NCBI GenBank assembly: GCA_014905635.1
Contig: JABVCE010000004.1
Span: 744,001 to 808,000, forward strand
DNA from: Scenedesmus sp. PABB004
Lineage: Eukaryota
Length of the DNA stretch: 64,000 nt
Direction: 5' to 3'
Each line of letters starts with the position of its first letter. Position 1 is the stretch's first letter. The notes beneath the pieces were generated by a model, which saw nothing but the letters and a program-made list of their open reading frames with translations, searched no databases and had not been told where the DNA came from. A program made the translations under genes and the position numbers. Positions 15,825 through 29,315 of this stretch are shown piece after piece.

Positions 15825-16431
15825 TCAGCCCTGGCGCTCCCCAGGCTGCGCGTGCGACCACAGGAAGTCCCTGCGCGGGCGGCGAGCGCGTCGGCGCGGC
15901 GCGGCGGCGGAGCGGCGACCAGGGCCGGCGCCGCGTGCGCGCGCAGGGGCCGCCCGCCGCCAGCCGTGCAAGGTCCCCCCTTCGCTGGCGGGCGTGCGCT
16001 GTGCGCGATCGCCGCGCGGGCGGCAGCGGCGCGCGCGCGCGCGAGCAGCGGCGGCGCCGCGCGCCGCGCGCCGCGCCGCGCCGGCCCAATGGCGCCCGCC
16101 CGCGGCGCCCGGCGGCGGCCGGGGGTCCGCCCCACCTGCTGGCCCGCTGCCCGTACTCGTCGTCGGCGTGGGCGCGCCAGGTGAGCGCGTTGTACATGGC
16201 GATCGGCACCAGCAGGGCCATGACCACCACGTCCCGCACCGTGCGCCCGTTCCACACGAACTCGCGCTCGATGTCCTCCCTCCGCGAGAGCCACTGCTCG
16301 ATGTGCTTGTTGTTGTGGACCGCGAGGTCGTGGTTGCCCCGCCCGCCCGCGGGAGCGCCCCCAGGAGCGCCGACGCGCCGCCCCAGCGCCGCCAGCACGC
16401 TCCCGCCCGCGCGGCGCAGGGCGCCGGCCAT
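15825..16431 (-). CDS. NDUFB4: Mitochondrial complex I accessory subunit B15 (NDUFB4, plant/algal type); 2 exons
   Basis: NNKHIEQWLSRREDIEREFVWNGRTVRDVVVMALLVPIAMY..ADDEYG..RDFL follows the plant B15 pattern (N-K-x-I-E-x-W-x-x-x-R-E, one TM helix); N-terminal presequence. Confidence 0.82.
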
Positions 16432-17031
16432 GGATGAGGGCCCCGCTGGGCTGCGGGGCTGCTGCTCCTGCCGGCGCGCACGCTCTGCAGGGAGCGCGGG
16501 GAGACTGCCGTGCGGTCTGGCGCGGCGGGGGACGGCGGGGCGCCCCTCCTCGAGCAAGCGCCCCGGGCGATGGAGCGGCGCGCTGCTGTCATGACGGGCG
16601 CTGCAGGCTCAGCGAATCCAGCCCGCGCGCCGCGTCCGGCACACTCAGAGCAGCCCCCCTCCCCCGATCAGCCAGCGCGCGCTTGTCCTGAACGCTTCCC
16701 TCGCGCGCGCCCGCGCCGCCCGGCCGCTGCCGCCCGCCTGCTATGGTCGGTGCTCCCTCCGTGGCGTCCCACGGTCGCCCCGCGTCGCGCGGCGGTCCCT
16801 GCGGCGGCGAGAGCGCCGGGGGGGGCTGAGGCGCCGCGCGCGGCCCCGGAGCAGCGCGGCGCGGCGTCCAATGTGAGCCGGGGAGCCGCCCCCGCCAGGA
16901 ACTGTCAGCGGGGCACCCGCACCCGGCGGCGCGCGGCCCGGCGCGGCGCGTGAGCCCGGCGGCGGCGGCGCGACAGCGGCAGCAGCAGCGACCGCGGTGC
17001 CCTCGGCGGCCGCTGGCCGGCACGCGGCGCC

Positions 17032-19058
17032 ATGTTTGCGCCGGAGCAGCTCGCGGACCACGACGCCAGCCGGCCGCTGGTGGGGTCGGGCGACGAGCTG
17101 CTGCTCGGCGGCGGCGGCGGGCCCAACGGCAAGGCTTCGAGCGGCGGCGGCGCGCCCGGCGCCGGCGGCGCCAACAAGAGCGGCGTCGGCAGCAAGGCCA
17201 AGAAGAAGCCGGCGGCTGCGGTCAACGTGCGCAACTGGCTGCGCATCGACGAGAACGGCGAGACCACGATGATGCAGGTCCGGCGCGGCGCCGCGCGCGG
17301 CAGTAGTAGTGTGGGCAGGGGGCACGGGGCGCTGCGGGCACGGCACGGCACGGCGGCGGCCGCGGCGGTGGCGGCGACGCGATGCGGCGGCGCGGCAGCG
17401 CGGCGGCAGCCGCGCGGCCGGCGCGCCCCGGCCGGCGTGGGGCTGCCGGCGCGCCGGCCGCCGCCGGCGTCCGCCCCCTCACCCTTTCCGCGCGCCGCCG
17501 CCGCTGCCCGCTGCCCGCCGCCGCCCCCGCCCGCGCGGTGGTCAGGCGGACAAGTACAAGCTGACGCACAAGCTGGGCGTGCAGGGGCGCGACCTGCGCA
17601 TCATGGACCCCTCCCTCGCGACGAGCTACCCGAGCGCGATCCTCTGCCGCGAGAAGGCCCTCGTGGTCAGCCTCGAGCACATCAAGGCGCGCCGCCGCCG
17701 CCGGCGCCGCCGCCTCCGCCGCCGCCGCCGCCGCGCGCCGCCGCGCTCTGCTGCGCGCCGCCGCCGCCGCGCGCCGCCTCGTTCCGCCGCCGACGACGTG
17801 CTGCCGCCGCCGCCGCCGACCTCCTGCCGCGCGCCGCGCGCCGCGCGCCGCGCCGCGCAGGTCATCATCACCACGTCCAACGTGCTCGTGATGAACCCGG
17901 AGGACGAGAACGTGCTGCCCTTCATCACGGAGCTCAAGATGAAGATCAGCCAGCCCGCGCTCGCCGTCAGCGCGTCGTACCCCGTCGGCCTCAGCGAGAT
18001 GGGCAACGCCGGTGCGGCGGCGCGTCGGCGAGCTGGCCGCGGCGGCGCGGCCGGCGGCAGGCGCGGCGCGCGGCGCGCCCACGCGCCGCCGCCCACCGGC
18101 CGCGCAGGCAAGGGCTCGATGGCCAACCGCAGCGTCGCCAAGCTCGACACGCTCGCGGCGCTGCAGATGCCGTTTGAGCTCAAGGCGCTGGAGGTGTGCC
18201 TCGACTCGGTGAGCGGCGCACGCGCGGCGGCCGAGCGACCCCAGCGCGCCCGGGCGGCCTCTCCCTCTCACTCTGGCGCGCCAGCGCTCGCCCCGCCGCG
18301 CTCCTCACCCCCCGCGCCTCGCCCCGCCGCCGCGCCGCGCCCGCCGCACACACGCGCGCCCAACCGCAGATGGCGTCGTACCTCAACCGCCTCACGAGCG
18401 ACCTCGAGGCCGCCGCCTACCCGGCGCTCGACTCGCTCACGAGCCGCGTGACGGCGCACAACCTCGAGCGCGTGCGCCGCATCAAGAGCCGCCTCGTGCG
18501 CCTCACGACGCGCGTGGAGAACGTGCGCCGCCGCCGCCGCCGCCGCCGCTGGCGCTCCCTCTCCCTCTCACCCTCTCTCGAGCGCGCACTCGCGCTCGCA
18601 CCCGCGCTCACACTCACACCGCGCTCGCACGCACACACCGCGCTCAACTCACTCCCGCTCACATCACTCACATCACTCGCTCACACCTCACATCGCTCCT
18701 GCTCACTCCTTCTCACTCCTTCTCGCTCCCCCGCAGGTGCGCGAGGTGCTGGAGGGCTACCTGGACGACGACCAGGACATGAAGGACATGAACATCACCG
18801 CCAAGGAGCAGCACGCAGCCGCCGCGGCGGCCGCGGCAGAGGCACAGGCGCGCGCGCGCCGCGCCGCGCGCCGCGCGCCGCGCCGCGCCGCGCGCCGCGT
18901 CACGGCGCAACCGGCCCTGCCCGTGCGCCTCGGCGGCCGGCCCTGCGGCGTGTGAGCGTGAGCGCCGCGCGCACGGGCCCGCGCCCGCGCAGGCGCGGAG
19001 CTCGAGCAAGCGCACGAGCAGCGGGCGCACGCGGTCGAGCAGCAGCAGCAGCAGCTCG

Positions 19059-19089
<31 letters not shown>

Positions 19090-19674
19090 GCGTGGAGGAG
19101 GAGGAGATCGCCGAGGTGGAGATGCTCCTGGAGGCGTACTTCATGCACGTCGACAACACCTTCAACCGCCTCCAGGCGCGCGCGCCGCGCGCCGCGCCAC
19201 AGCGCTCCCCGCGCGGCTCGCTGCACGCACCCTCACCTGCACCCCCACCCACACCCACCCACCCACACCCTCACCACGCACACGCACGCACCCACGCACA
19301 CTCGCCCGCACCACACCCACATTCACATCCACATCCCAACCCACCCACCCAACCCACCCACCCACACCCACACCCACGCACCCACCCCGCAGACGCTGAA
19401 CGAGTACATCCAGGACACGGAGGACCTGGTCAACCTCAAGCTTGACCAGCACCGCAACCAGCTCATTGGCATCGACCTCATCCTCACCTCCTTCACCGCG
19501 TCCATCGCGATCATGACGGCCGTGGCCGGCTACTTTGGCATGAACCTCAACTCCTACATCCAGGAGGACCCGGTCTACTTCAAGCTCGTCACGCTCACGA
19601 CCACGTTTGGCGGGCTCACGCTCTTTGCGCTCTTCGTCGCGTTCCTCTGGTTCCGCCAGATGCTCGTGTTCTGA
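17032..19674 (+). CDS. MRS2: MRS2/MGT (CorA-family) magnesium transporter; multi-exon
   Basis: [83 protein letters not shown] and the YFGMN signature followed by TM2. Confidence 0.95.
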
Positions 19675-19710
19675 GTGCGCGGCGCGCGCACGCGCGGCGG
19701 CGCGGTGCGA

Positions 19711-19892
19711 GGCGGCGCCGCCCGGCGAGGGAGCAGTGGCGCGGCGGCAGCGCGCGGCGTGGCGGCGGCGGCGCGCGCGCGGCGCGGCGGCGCCGCCCGG
19801 GGAGGGAGCAGTGGCGCGGCGGCAGCGCGCGGCGTGGCGGCGGCGGCGCGCGCGCGGCGCGGCGGCGCCGCCCGGGGAGGGAGCAGTGGCGC
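19711..19892. repeat. 75-bp tandem repeat, about 2.4 copies, in the 3' UTR region of MRS2
   Basis: GAGCAGTGGC recurs at 19731, 19806 and 19881 with near-identical intervening sequence. Confidence 0.9.
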
Positions 19893-20072
19893 TCGCGCTC
19901 GCGTGCCGCGCGGGCGGGCGGAGCCTGGGGCAGGGGCTGGGTTGAGGAGGGGCGTGCGCTGCCAGGGGCGCGAATCGGCTTTTGCTGTACAGCGGGCGCT
20001 TGAGCCCTCGCGAGGGCTCTGGAGAGGCTTTTGGTGGCGGCGGCGCAGAGGGGCGGTTGGCAGCACGCGCTG

Positions 20073-20077
20073 TGTAA
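20073..20077 (+). promoter_or_regulatory. Putative chlorophyte polyadenylation signal TGTAA for the MRS2 gene
   Basis: TGTAA is the established chlorophyte near-upstream element; it lies about 400 nt after the MRS2 stop. Confidence 0.5.
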
Positions 20078-20123
20078 CACGGCGCCGCGCCACACGCGCC
20101 CCGCGCGCCCACCGCGCCCCGAG

Positions 20124-23068
20124 CTACGGCGCCGCGCCCACCGCGGCCGCGAGCCGCGCACGCGCCGCGGGCGGCAGCGCGGCGCAGCCGGCCGTCACGA
20201 GCCGCGGCCGCCGCCCGCCGGCCGCGGCCGCCGCGCCGTGCCGCGGTGCCGCGACGTGCACCTCGGCCAGCACGCCGCAGTTGCCCACGTCGACCACCAC
20301 CAGCGCGCCGCTCGCGAGGCTCAGGCTGGCCAGGCGGCCGCACGACGCGGCGCGCAGCTCGCGCAGCACCGGGCTCGCGGCGCTCAGCGACACGAGTGAG
20401 CGCGCGCCGGTCGCGTCGCACGCCTCCAGCGCCAGGTTGGCTGCGCGCGCGCGGCGCGGGGCGGTGTGGCGCGGCACGGCGGTCGGACGCAGCAGCGCGG
20501 CCCGGCGGCGGCGGCGGCGCGCGCGCGCGCGCACCCGTGAGGTGCAGCGCGCCGATGCCCCAGCAGCCGTTGACGTCGAGGCGCCGCAGCGCGGGCATGC
20601 CCTGCAGCACGGCGCCGAGCTGCGCGCCCGAGGCCCTGCGGCAGCCAAAGAGGTTGAGGGTCTCCAGCGCGGGCACGTGCCACGCGTCGGCGTGCATGTC
20701 GACCAGCTGCCCGCACTGCGCGAGGCTCAGCGTGCGCAGCGCGGGGCACCTGCGCGCGCGCGCGGCGCGCGGCCGCGTCGGCGGCGGGCGCCCCGCCCCG
20801 CACGGCGGGCGGCGCGGCGCGGCGCGGCCGCGCCGGCGCGTCGGCGGCGCGGGAGCGACGGCGCGCACCGCATGCGCAGGCGGTAGAGGGTGCGGCAGGC
20901 GGCGAGGTTGAGGCTGTGCAGGCGCCCCAGCGCCAGGTCGACGACGCGCAGGTAGTGGCAGCCGGAGAGGTCCAGCGCCGACAGTGGGTGGCTCGCGGGC
21001 AGGTGCAGCACGAGCTGCGTGAGCCCCGGCACCCGGCTCGCGCGCAGCTCGCGCAGCACGCCCTGCGCCCGGCGGCGCACGCGGTCGGCGGCCGGGCGCG
21101 TGGGCGCGCGCGCGCGCGCGCGCGCGCGCCGCCGCCGCCGCCCGCGCCGGCGTGGCGCGCACCAGCGGCGGCACGACCAGGCCGGCCGAGGTGATGCCCC
21201 TGCAGCCGGCGACGTCGAGCGTGGCCAGCGAGTGCTTGGTCACGGGCCCGGACAGCAGCTGGCGCAGGCCCTCGTCCGCCAGGCCCGCCACGCCCGCGAG
21301 GCGCAGCTCCACGAGGCCGGACGACGACGACGCCGCGGCAGCGGCGGCCGCCGCGGCCGCGGCCGCCTGCGCGCTGGAGCGCAGCTCCAGCTCGGAGAGG
21401 CGGCTCGACACGGCGGCTGCCAGCGCGGTGTTGACGGGGCTGCGGATCGCCGGGTTGCGGCCGCCCAGCGCCGGCTCCGCCGGCTCCGCTGCGCCCGGCC
21501 CCTCCGCCTGCTGCTGCTCCTCCTCCGGCGCCTCGGCCGCCGCTGCGTCGCCCAGGCCGCCGCTGCCGGCCTCGCCCGCGTCGCTGCCGCTCTCGCCGCC
21601 GGCCCGCCGCGCTCGTCGTCGCTGCTCGCGCCGGCGCTGCCGTCCTCCTCCTCCTCCTCCTCGCCGCCGTCGCCGGCAACGCCGCCGGCCGCGGCGCCCG
21701 CGCGCGCGACCGCGGCGGCCCAGTGGTCCTGCCACGTGCGCGGCGCGGCGCGTGGCTCGTCGTCGCCGTCGCCGTCGCTGTGCTGCTCGTCGCCTGGCCC
21801 TGCCGCCAGGCCCTCGCAAAGTCGCTGGTACTTGGCAAGCGCGTGGAGCGACTTGGTGGTGATGCGCGGGCAGCGGCTCAGGTCCACCGACCTGTGGGGT
21901 GTGCGGGCGCGCGCGACCGGCGCGTGGGCGCGCGGCGCGGGGCGAGGCCGCGAGCCCGCCAGCCGCCCGCGCCGCGCCGCGGCGCCCCCCCCCCCCCCCC
22001 CGCGGCCGCCGCGCACCGCAGGGCCTTGAGGCTGGCCAGCGCCTCGGCGAGCACGCGGTCGGTTGCGCCGAGCAGGCCACGCAGGACGAGCCCCCGCACC
22101 GGCACGGCGCGCGGCGCGGCGGCGCCCTCCGCCACGGCGAGGAGGCACTTCAGCAGGTTGGCCTCCGCCTCGTCCTGGCACATGGCCGCGACCTGGCGCG
22201 GCCGCGGGGCGGGAGGGGACGGAGGCGTCGGCGGCGGCGGCAGCGCGGGGCCACGCGCCGCGCCGTGCGGCGCGCACCTGCGGCCGCGCGCCATCGCCCG
22301 CGCCCGGCCGCGGCAGGCGGCGCTCGAGGTGGCTCGCGTCGACCACGCCCGCGCCGCCGTGGCCGGCGACCATGCCCACCAGCCCACTGTACCCCAGGCC
22401 CGGCGGCAGCACGAGACGGCGCACGAGCCGCCGCGCGCCGTGCGCGGCCTGGCTGAACTCGGAGCACGCGGTCGCCGCGCGCGCGAGGTCACGCAGCGAG
22501 AGGCGCGCCAGCACGGCGGCCTTGACGTCCGGCGGCAGCTCGCCCCACGCCACGCCGCCGCCGCCGCACGTGGTCGGCGCCGCCGCGGCAGCCGCGCTGC
22601 TGCCTGCGGGCGGCGCGCGGGCGGTCAGCGGTCGGCGGTCGGCGGTCGGCGCGGGCGGTCGGCGCGCCGCCCCGTCCCCAAACCTGGCCTGCGCGCACCT
22701 GCTGCGCCATCGCCAGCGCCGCCCAGGATCGCGAGCAGCGTCTCCGTCGCCGCCTCAGCGCTGCCGCCCGCCGCGGCCAGCACGTCGGCGATTAGGCCGG
22801 CGTCCGCGGACGCGCCAAACAGCTCCGTCAGCGCCGCCGCCGGCGGCGGCGCCGCGCCGTCGTCCCCCGGCGCGGCCTTGAGCTTGAAGAACGTCTCCCG
22901 CTCGCGCCGGGGCCGGGGCGGCTCGCCGCGCCGCCCGCGCGGCGGCAGCGGCGCGGCGTCGGCAGCGGCGTCGTCCTCCTCCTCCAGCAACGCGCGGAAG
23001 GCCGCCAGGCCGCGCGGGTTGGAGAGGTCGTGGGACTCATTGCCGCCGGAGCGCTGCTTGCGGGTCAT
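20124..23068 (-). CDS. CUE-like + F-box + leucine-rich repeat protein; multi-exon
   Basis: LTELFGASADAGLIADVLAAAGGSAEAATETLL (CUE-like); WGELPPDVKAAVLARLSLRDLARAATACSEF (F-box); LRRs LDLSGC, LNLAAC, LSLAQC, LNLFGC, LDVNGC. Confidence 0.8.
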
Positions 23069-23585
23069 CGGCGGCGGCGCGGCGCGCGGCGCGGCGCGCG
23101 GGCGACAACCGGCGCGCGGCGCGGGGCGCGCTGCTGCTGCGACGCCGGCAGGCTGGTGGGTGGGCCGGTGGGGCCGAGGGTGTGGGCACGCGGGTGGCGC
23201 AACAGCGAGCTGGGATGCGAACCAGCTCCGCACAAACTCGCTGCCAGGCCCCAGGGCGAAAAGGCCGGCCTGTAGCAGCTCCCGCTCCTCCGGGGACCCG
23301 CAAAAGTGGAGTGGTCCCTCGCGCGCCTGCCCTCGCAGCTCACACCAGCAGCACCGCGCTCGCTCATCTTGGGCGCCAGGCGCGCCCTCGCAGCAGGTGC
23401 GCGCCCGGCGCGGCGCCCCGGGGCGGCGTCGTGGGACGCGCGGGCGCGACAGAGCTGCCCCTTGCCGGCCTCGCAGGCGGGGTGCTGAACGCACGCAGCC
23501 GAGGTGCCCACCCGTCGCTGCCCGACCCCAAGGGACGCCGCAGGGCGACGGACAGTTGGGGTACGCGTCCGGACTGCGCTCGCGC

Positions 23586-26377
23586 ATGGCCTCGTCGGGC
23601 GTCGGGCCGCCCAGCGGGCCCGGGCCGGGGGCCATCGCTGGCGCGCCCAGCGCTGGCGCCTCGCCCGAGCGCCCGGCCGGCGCGGGCGGCGGCCTGCTGC
23701 TGGGCCAGGCCACCGCGATGCCGAGCACGCTGATTCCGGTGGCCACGGCCGCGCCAGGCGCGCCCGCGGCGCCCGCGCACGCGCTGGCCCAGCCCGAGCT
23801 CGCCCCCGCCAGCGCGGCCATGGCGCCCCCGCCGGCCGCCGGCCCGGCCTACGACGAGGTGCGGGGGCGCGGCGCGGGGGGCGCGCGGCCGCCGGCGGCG
23901 CCCCGGCGCGCCCGCGGCGGCCGCAGCAGCGGCGGCGCGCGTCGCGAGCCGCGCCGCGCGCCGCGCGCCGCGCGCCGCCCCGCCGCAGTCGCCGGGCAAG
24001 GGCTGCAAGAGCAAAACCTACCGCGGCGTGCGCCAGCGGCCGTGGGGCAAGTGGGCGGCGGAGATCCGCGACCCGACAGTCGGCGCGCGGCGGTGAGCGC
24101 GCGCGCGTGGCGGGCGCAGCTGCGGGCGCGCGGCGGCGGGGCCGGCGCGTGGCATCTGTGCTACGCCGACCGCGGCGGCCGCCCTCTCCCGCCGCGCCCG
24201 CAGGTGGCTGGGGACGTTTGACACCGCCGAGGAAGCGGCGCGCGCCTACGACGCCGCGGCGCGCGCGATCCGCGGCCCCGCGGCGCGCTGCAACTTCCCG
24301 CTGACGGACGAGGGCGGCGGCGGCGGCGGCGACGCGGCCGCCAAGGCCAAGCTGCGCGCCGACATCGAGGCCGGCAAGGTGCACAGCGGCGCGCTCGCGC
24401 CGCCGCCCGCGGCGGCGGCGGCGCTCGCGGCGGCGGCGGCGGCGCCGGTGCACCCGGGCGCCACGCACGGCGGCGCGGTCGTGGCGGCGTCGGCGCTGGT
24501 CACGGACGGTGCGTCTGGCAGCGAGCGGGCCGGGGCTGCCGGCAGCGCGCGCGCTCGGCGGGCGGGCCTGCAGCGCAGCAGAGCGGGGGCAGTGGCGCAC
24601 GCTCCGTCGGCGGCGGCCGCGGCGCCCGCCCACGCGCGCCCCGCTCCGCGCCCGCCTGCGCAGGCAACAAGGTGCGCGGCGTCAAGGTCGCGGCGCCGGG
24701 CGTGCGCAAGGTCAAGCGCTCCTTCCTCGGCGGCACGCCGGGGCCGAGCCAGCCCTCGGCCACGGTCGCTGCGGTGCTGGAGGGCAGCGGCGTGCCCATG
24801 GGCAGCAGCGTGGACGAGCACCACCTCATCCACAAGCCCGCCAAGCTCGGCCACGCGGGAGAGATCACGGGCGCGATGCCGGTCGCCGACGCGATGCACA
24901 TGGCGCACGTCAACCACGTCAACCACTCCAGCCCGGTGCGCGCCGCCGCCGGCCGCGCCCCGCGCCGCGCCACCGCGCCCGCGCTGCACGGGCGCGCGTC
25001 CGCCGCGTTGGCACGCGTCCGCCGCGTTGGCGCGCGGCCGCCGACCCGCGCCATGCCGCCGCCGCCAACCCTTGGCAGATGTTCCCCGGCGGCCTGCACC
25101 CCGGCATCGGCTCGGGCAGCCACCGCCTGCCGGAGTGGCCGCCCGCGGGCTCGATCGGCTCGCTCGGGCGCTCGCCCGGGGCATGGTGTTTGGCACGCCG
25201 CCGCTCGGGCGCAGCGTGGATATGGTGGACATGTGCACGCAGCTCATGGAGGCGGGAGGTGCGCGCCGCGCCGCGTGGCGCCGCGCGCGCGCGGCTGTGC
25301 GGCCGCGCGGCCGCGCGCGCGGCGGCCGGCCGGTCGTGGCGCCGACCGCGCGCCTGCGCCTGCGCCGCCGCGCCCGCGCCCGCGCCGCGCAGTCGACAGC
25401 ATGAACCTGGGCAGCCTGCGGCAGGAGCTGCTGCTGCCGGCGCTGCTCGCGGGCGGGCCGCACCAGCTGGGCGAGGACGAGGACGAGCTGGAGGCTGAGA
25501 TGATGATCATGGGCCAGACGCCCGGCTCCTTTGGCGCCGCAAGGCGCCCGCAGCACCTCGCGGGTGCGGCGCCCGCGCCCGGGCCGCGCGAGCGCGCCGC
25601 GCGCGCCGCGCCGCGCGTGCCGGCGCCGGCCCGCGCCGCCGATCCACGCCGCCGCGCCGCGCGGCGCCGCCGCGGCGTGCAGGGAGCATGCCGCCGCCGC
25701 CGCCGCGCGCGCGGCAGACGAGCAGCACCGGCACCGGCAGCTTTGTCAGCAGCATCCTGGGCAATGGCCTGCCGCCGCACGCGCCGCACCACAGCCACCA
25801 CGCGCACGGCGCGCACCCGGGCGCGCAGCAGCAGCCGCACAGGCTGCAGGCGGCTGCTGGCGCGGCGCAGCGGCCGCAGCAGCAGCACCCCGGCGCGGCG
25901 CAGCAGCCGCACCCGGCGGCGCAGCAGCCCGCGGCGCCGCAGCCCCCCGCGGCGCCGTCGTCGCAGCAGCAGCCGGCGTCGTCTTCGGCCGCGGCGGCGG
26001 CCGCGCAGCCGCGTGGCGGCCCCGCGGCGATGCAGGCGCACGCCGCAGCGCTGCTGGGCGGCGGCGGCCGCGCCGCCGCCGGGGGCGCCGCCGCCCGCGG
26101 CGGCGGCGGCGCCCCCGGCAGCGGCAGCGACGACAGCGACAGCGACGACAGCGACAGCGAGGATGACATGATGGGGATGTCCCCCGAGCTGCCGAGCCAG
26201 ATGCTGGGCGCGGGCATGGGCATCCGGCCGGGCACGGGCTTCAACCAAAACGTGTTCCAGGCCGCGTTCCGGATGCACGGCGGCGCCGCGATCGCGCCCG
26301 TCGTGGCGGGCGGCGGCGGCGTCGCCGCGGCGTGGGCGCCCGCCGCCGCGACGGGCATGAACGCGGGCGCGCGCTGA
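23586..26377 (+). CDS. AP2/ERF transcription factor; multi-exon
   Basis: [57 protein letters not shown] is a canonical AP2 domain, split by an intron. Confidence 0.93.
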
Positions 26378-27685
26378 GCGCGCTGAGCGCGCCGCGGCCG
26401 CCGGCCCCAGCGCGGGGCGGCGGGCTCCGTTGAGAATAAAGGGCGGGCGGGTGTGACGGGCGAGACCTCTCTCCTTTGGCGCCGCGCGCGCACGCGGCGG
26501 CCCTCTGTGCATTGCGGGGTCGTGTGCATGTTCCTGACTGACTGACAGACCACCCCCGCGCGCTGCGGCGGCGGCGGCCCGGCGGCGGCCGCCTGCCGCC
26601 GCGACAGTTGTTTGGCGCGGCGCGCTGTTAGAGTTCCGTGTTACGTTACGTTACATACACGCCCATAACCTCATGGTCTGCCCCGCCGGGGGCGCCTGGC
26701 GCGCGCCGCGCACGCGCGCGCCGCCGGGCGCCCCCCTCTCGTGACCGACCGACCGGCCCTCCTGCCCGTTTGACCGACGGCGACCATGCATCGATCGATT
26801 CCCCTATGACGGCCGCTGACAGGGCGCTTTGCTGTACGGGGGCCGCTGCTGCGAGGGAGGGAGGCGCGCGCGCGATGGGCGTTGCTGGCCGGAGAAGAAC
26901 GCCTGCTGCTGCTGCGCCGCCCGCCGCACAGCGAGTGTGTGCGCGCGCGGACGCACAAGGATTCATCGGCGCGCCGCGCCCGCCGCTGCTGCTCACCCGG
27001 CCCCAGCTCCCCGCGCCCGCGCCGCCCTGGGGCCGCCCTGCGCATCACGCGGCGGCCGGCGGCGCGGGCGCGGGCGGGCGGGGGCGCAGAGCAGCAGCAC
27101 GGCGGGCGCGCGCGCGTGCAGGCAGCGGCGGCGGCGCGAGCCGGCCCAGGGGCGCGCCCCGCGCTCTCTTTGTGTGCACAGGCAGGCGGGCTGTATTTTT
27201 AGCAGGGCGGCGTGCGCGGCACCGTCGCCGCCGGCGCGCCTGGCGGCCCTCCGCCGCCAACGCACGCCACGGAGTGCGGCGCTGCGTGCGCGCCATTGAT
27301 CCACCGCACTGCGCCCGAGCAGCTCATTGCTGTCGCACTCCCTGCACTGTAGGCGGCGGCGGGTGGCGCTCGCGGGAGCGTGTGTGTAAAAGGTTCTGCG
27401 ACAGGCAAGCGCGCCTCGATCAGCAGCGCGCAGCGTCGCTGAACCCTTGCACCGTCACGCCGCGACGACGCCGCGCTCGCCCCCTTCCCTCCCCGCCCCG
27501 CCGCCCTGCCCGCCACACCCCCGCCCGCGCCTCGCGCCGCCGCCGTCGCCCCTGGGCGCGCCCGCGCCGCCGCCGCAGCAGCAGCCGCCCGCGCGGCGCC
27601 CTCCGCCGCCGCCGCGGCGCCCCCGCGGCCCCGGGGCCGCGCCCCGCCGCCCGCCGGGCCTGTGACCCCGGGGAGCGTCGCAGCC

Positions 27686-29178
27686 ATGAAGACGAAGGGC
27701 GGGCGGGTGATGAACCCGACCGATGCCTACAGGAAGCAGGCCCGCAAGCGCGAGATTAAGCGCAACAAGGCCGAGCGCACCTTCGTGCGCGAGACGCACT
27801 TCCGCAAGACGGCGGCCAGCGAGCTCAAGGCGGAGCTGGAGGAGCTCATCGCGCTGGAGCAGACGGAGGAGCTCACCAAGCTGCAGAAGCTGCGCAAAAA
27901 GGTGGTGCTGGAGGCCTATGAGACGGCCATCCGCAAGCAGAAGGTGTGTGCGTGCGCCCCGGCAGCGGCGCGCACACGGAGGCGCGCACGGCGGCGCGCA
28001 CGCGTGCGCCGCGGGGTCGACGGTCGTGCATGCGCTGCGCCGCTGCGGCCGCGGCCCGCAGGAGGAGGAGTTTCGCAAGCGCGCGGCGGAGGAGGAGGGC
28101 ACGGAGGTGCACGAGGGCCTCTCCAGCGTGCCGCTGCCCAAGCCACCGCCGCTGCCGGCGGGGCCGCAGCCGGGCCTGCCGCCGCCGCCGGGCGCGCCGC
28201 CGCTGCCGCCGGGCCCCGCGCCGGGCGGAGCAGGTGGGCGGCGCGCGCTGCGCCCGCGGCGCGGCGCGCCAGAAGCAGCCGGCGGGCCCGCCGGCGCCTG
28301 CGGCGGCAGCGCTGAGCCGCCCGCTGCCCCGCCCGCGCGCGCCCGCCCGCCCGCCGCCAGGCATGCTGCCGCCGCCGCTGGGGCCGCCGCCGGGCTTTGC
28401 CCCGCCCGGCCTGCCGCTGCTGCCGCCGCCGCCCGGCCCGCCGCCGGGCGCCGTGCTGCCGCCGCCCAAGGGGCCGCCGCCGCCGGCGTGGGGCAGGCCG
28501 CCGCCCGGCATGCTCGCGCCGCCGGCCGGGCCGCCGCCTGGGGCGTGGGGCATGCCGCCGCCTGCAGGCGCAGGCGGGCTGGGCATGCTGCCGCCGCCGT
28601 CGATGCCGCCGCCGGGCGCGGGCGGCATGCTGCCGCCGCCGTCGGTGCCGCCGCCGGGCGCGGGCGGCATGCTGCCGCCGCCGTCGGTGCCGCCGCCGGG
28701 CGCGGGCGGCGGCAGCATCCTGCCGCCGCCGCGCGTGCCGCCGCCGGGCGCGGCGCCGCACGCCAAGCCCGGCGGCGGCGGCCACGCGACGACCACGATC
28801 GCGGCGGCGAGCACGGTGGCCAAGCGGCCCCTCGCGCACAAGGACAAGGCGCTGACGAGCATGGTGCCCGCGTCGGTGCTCGTGCGGCGGCAGGCGCCCG
28901 GCGCGGGCGGCGCCGGCGCCGGCAGCGCGGCAACGGGCAGCAGCGAGGAGGTGCGGATCGGCCCCGGCTTTGGCCTCGCCCCCGTGCAGAAGAGTGCCGT
29001 GCCGGGCGCGCGCCGCGCCGCGCCTGCGGCGCCGCCGCCCGCGCTCGGCAAGTGGGGCTCCGCCGTCAAGACGTCCGTCGTCGCGCCGCACGGCGGCAAG
29101 GGCGGCGCCGCGGCGGGCGCGGCCGCGGTGGACGCCAAGGTGGCGGACTTCCTCGGCAGCCTCGAGGGCCTGCTGTGA
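27686..29178 (+). CDS. WBP11: WW domain-binding protein 11 (WBP11/ELF5-like splicing factor); 3 exons
   Basis: MKTKGGRVMNPTDAYRKQARKREIKRNKAER Wbp11 N-terminus; proline-rich middle; LTSMVPASVLVRR and C-terminal DFLGSLEGLL. Confidence 0.9.
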
Positions 29179-29315
29179 GACCGCCGGCGACCGCCGGTGA
29201 CCGCGTGGTTGCGCGGCACGGGCTGGGGCGTGCTTTTACCCGGCAACGCGACGGCCCGCGAGCCCCCCGCAACACTGCGCCACGTGCACCGCGGCGCCAC
29301 GCCGCGCAGCTGCAG

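Noticed and set aside
26646..26996. Possible small minus-strand gene or snoRNA between AP2 and WBP11 (TTACA at 26651)
   Set aside because: No recognisable protein motifs, box C/D or H/ACA structure could be supported by eye.
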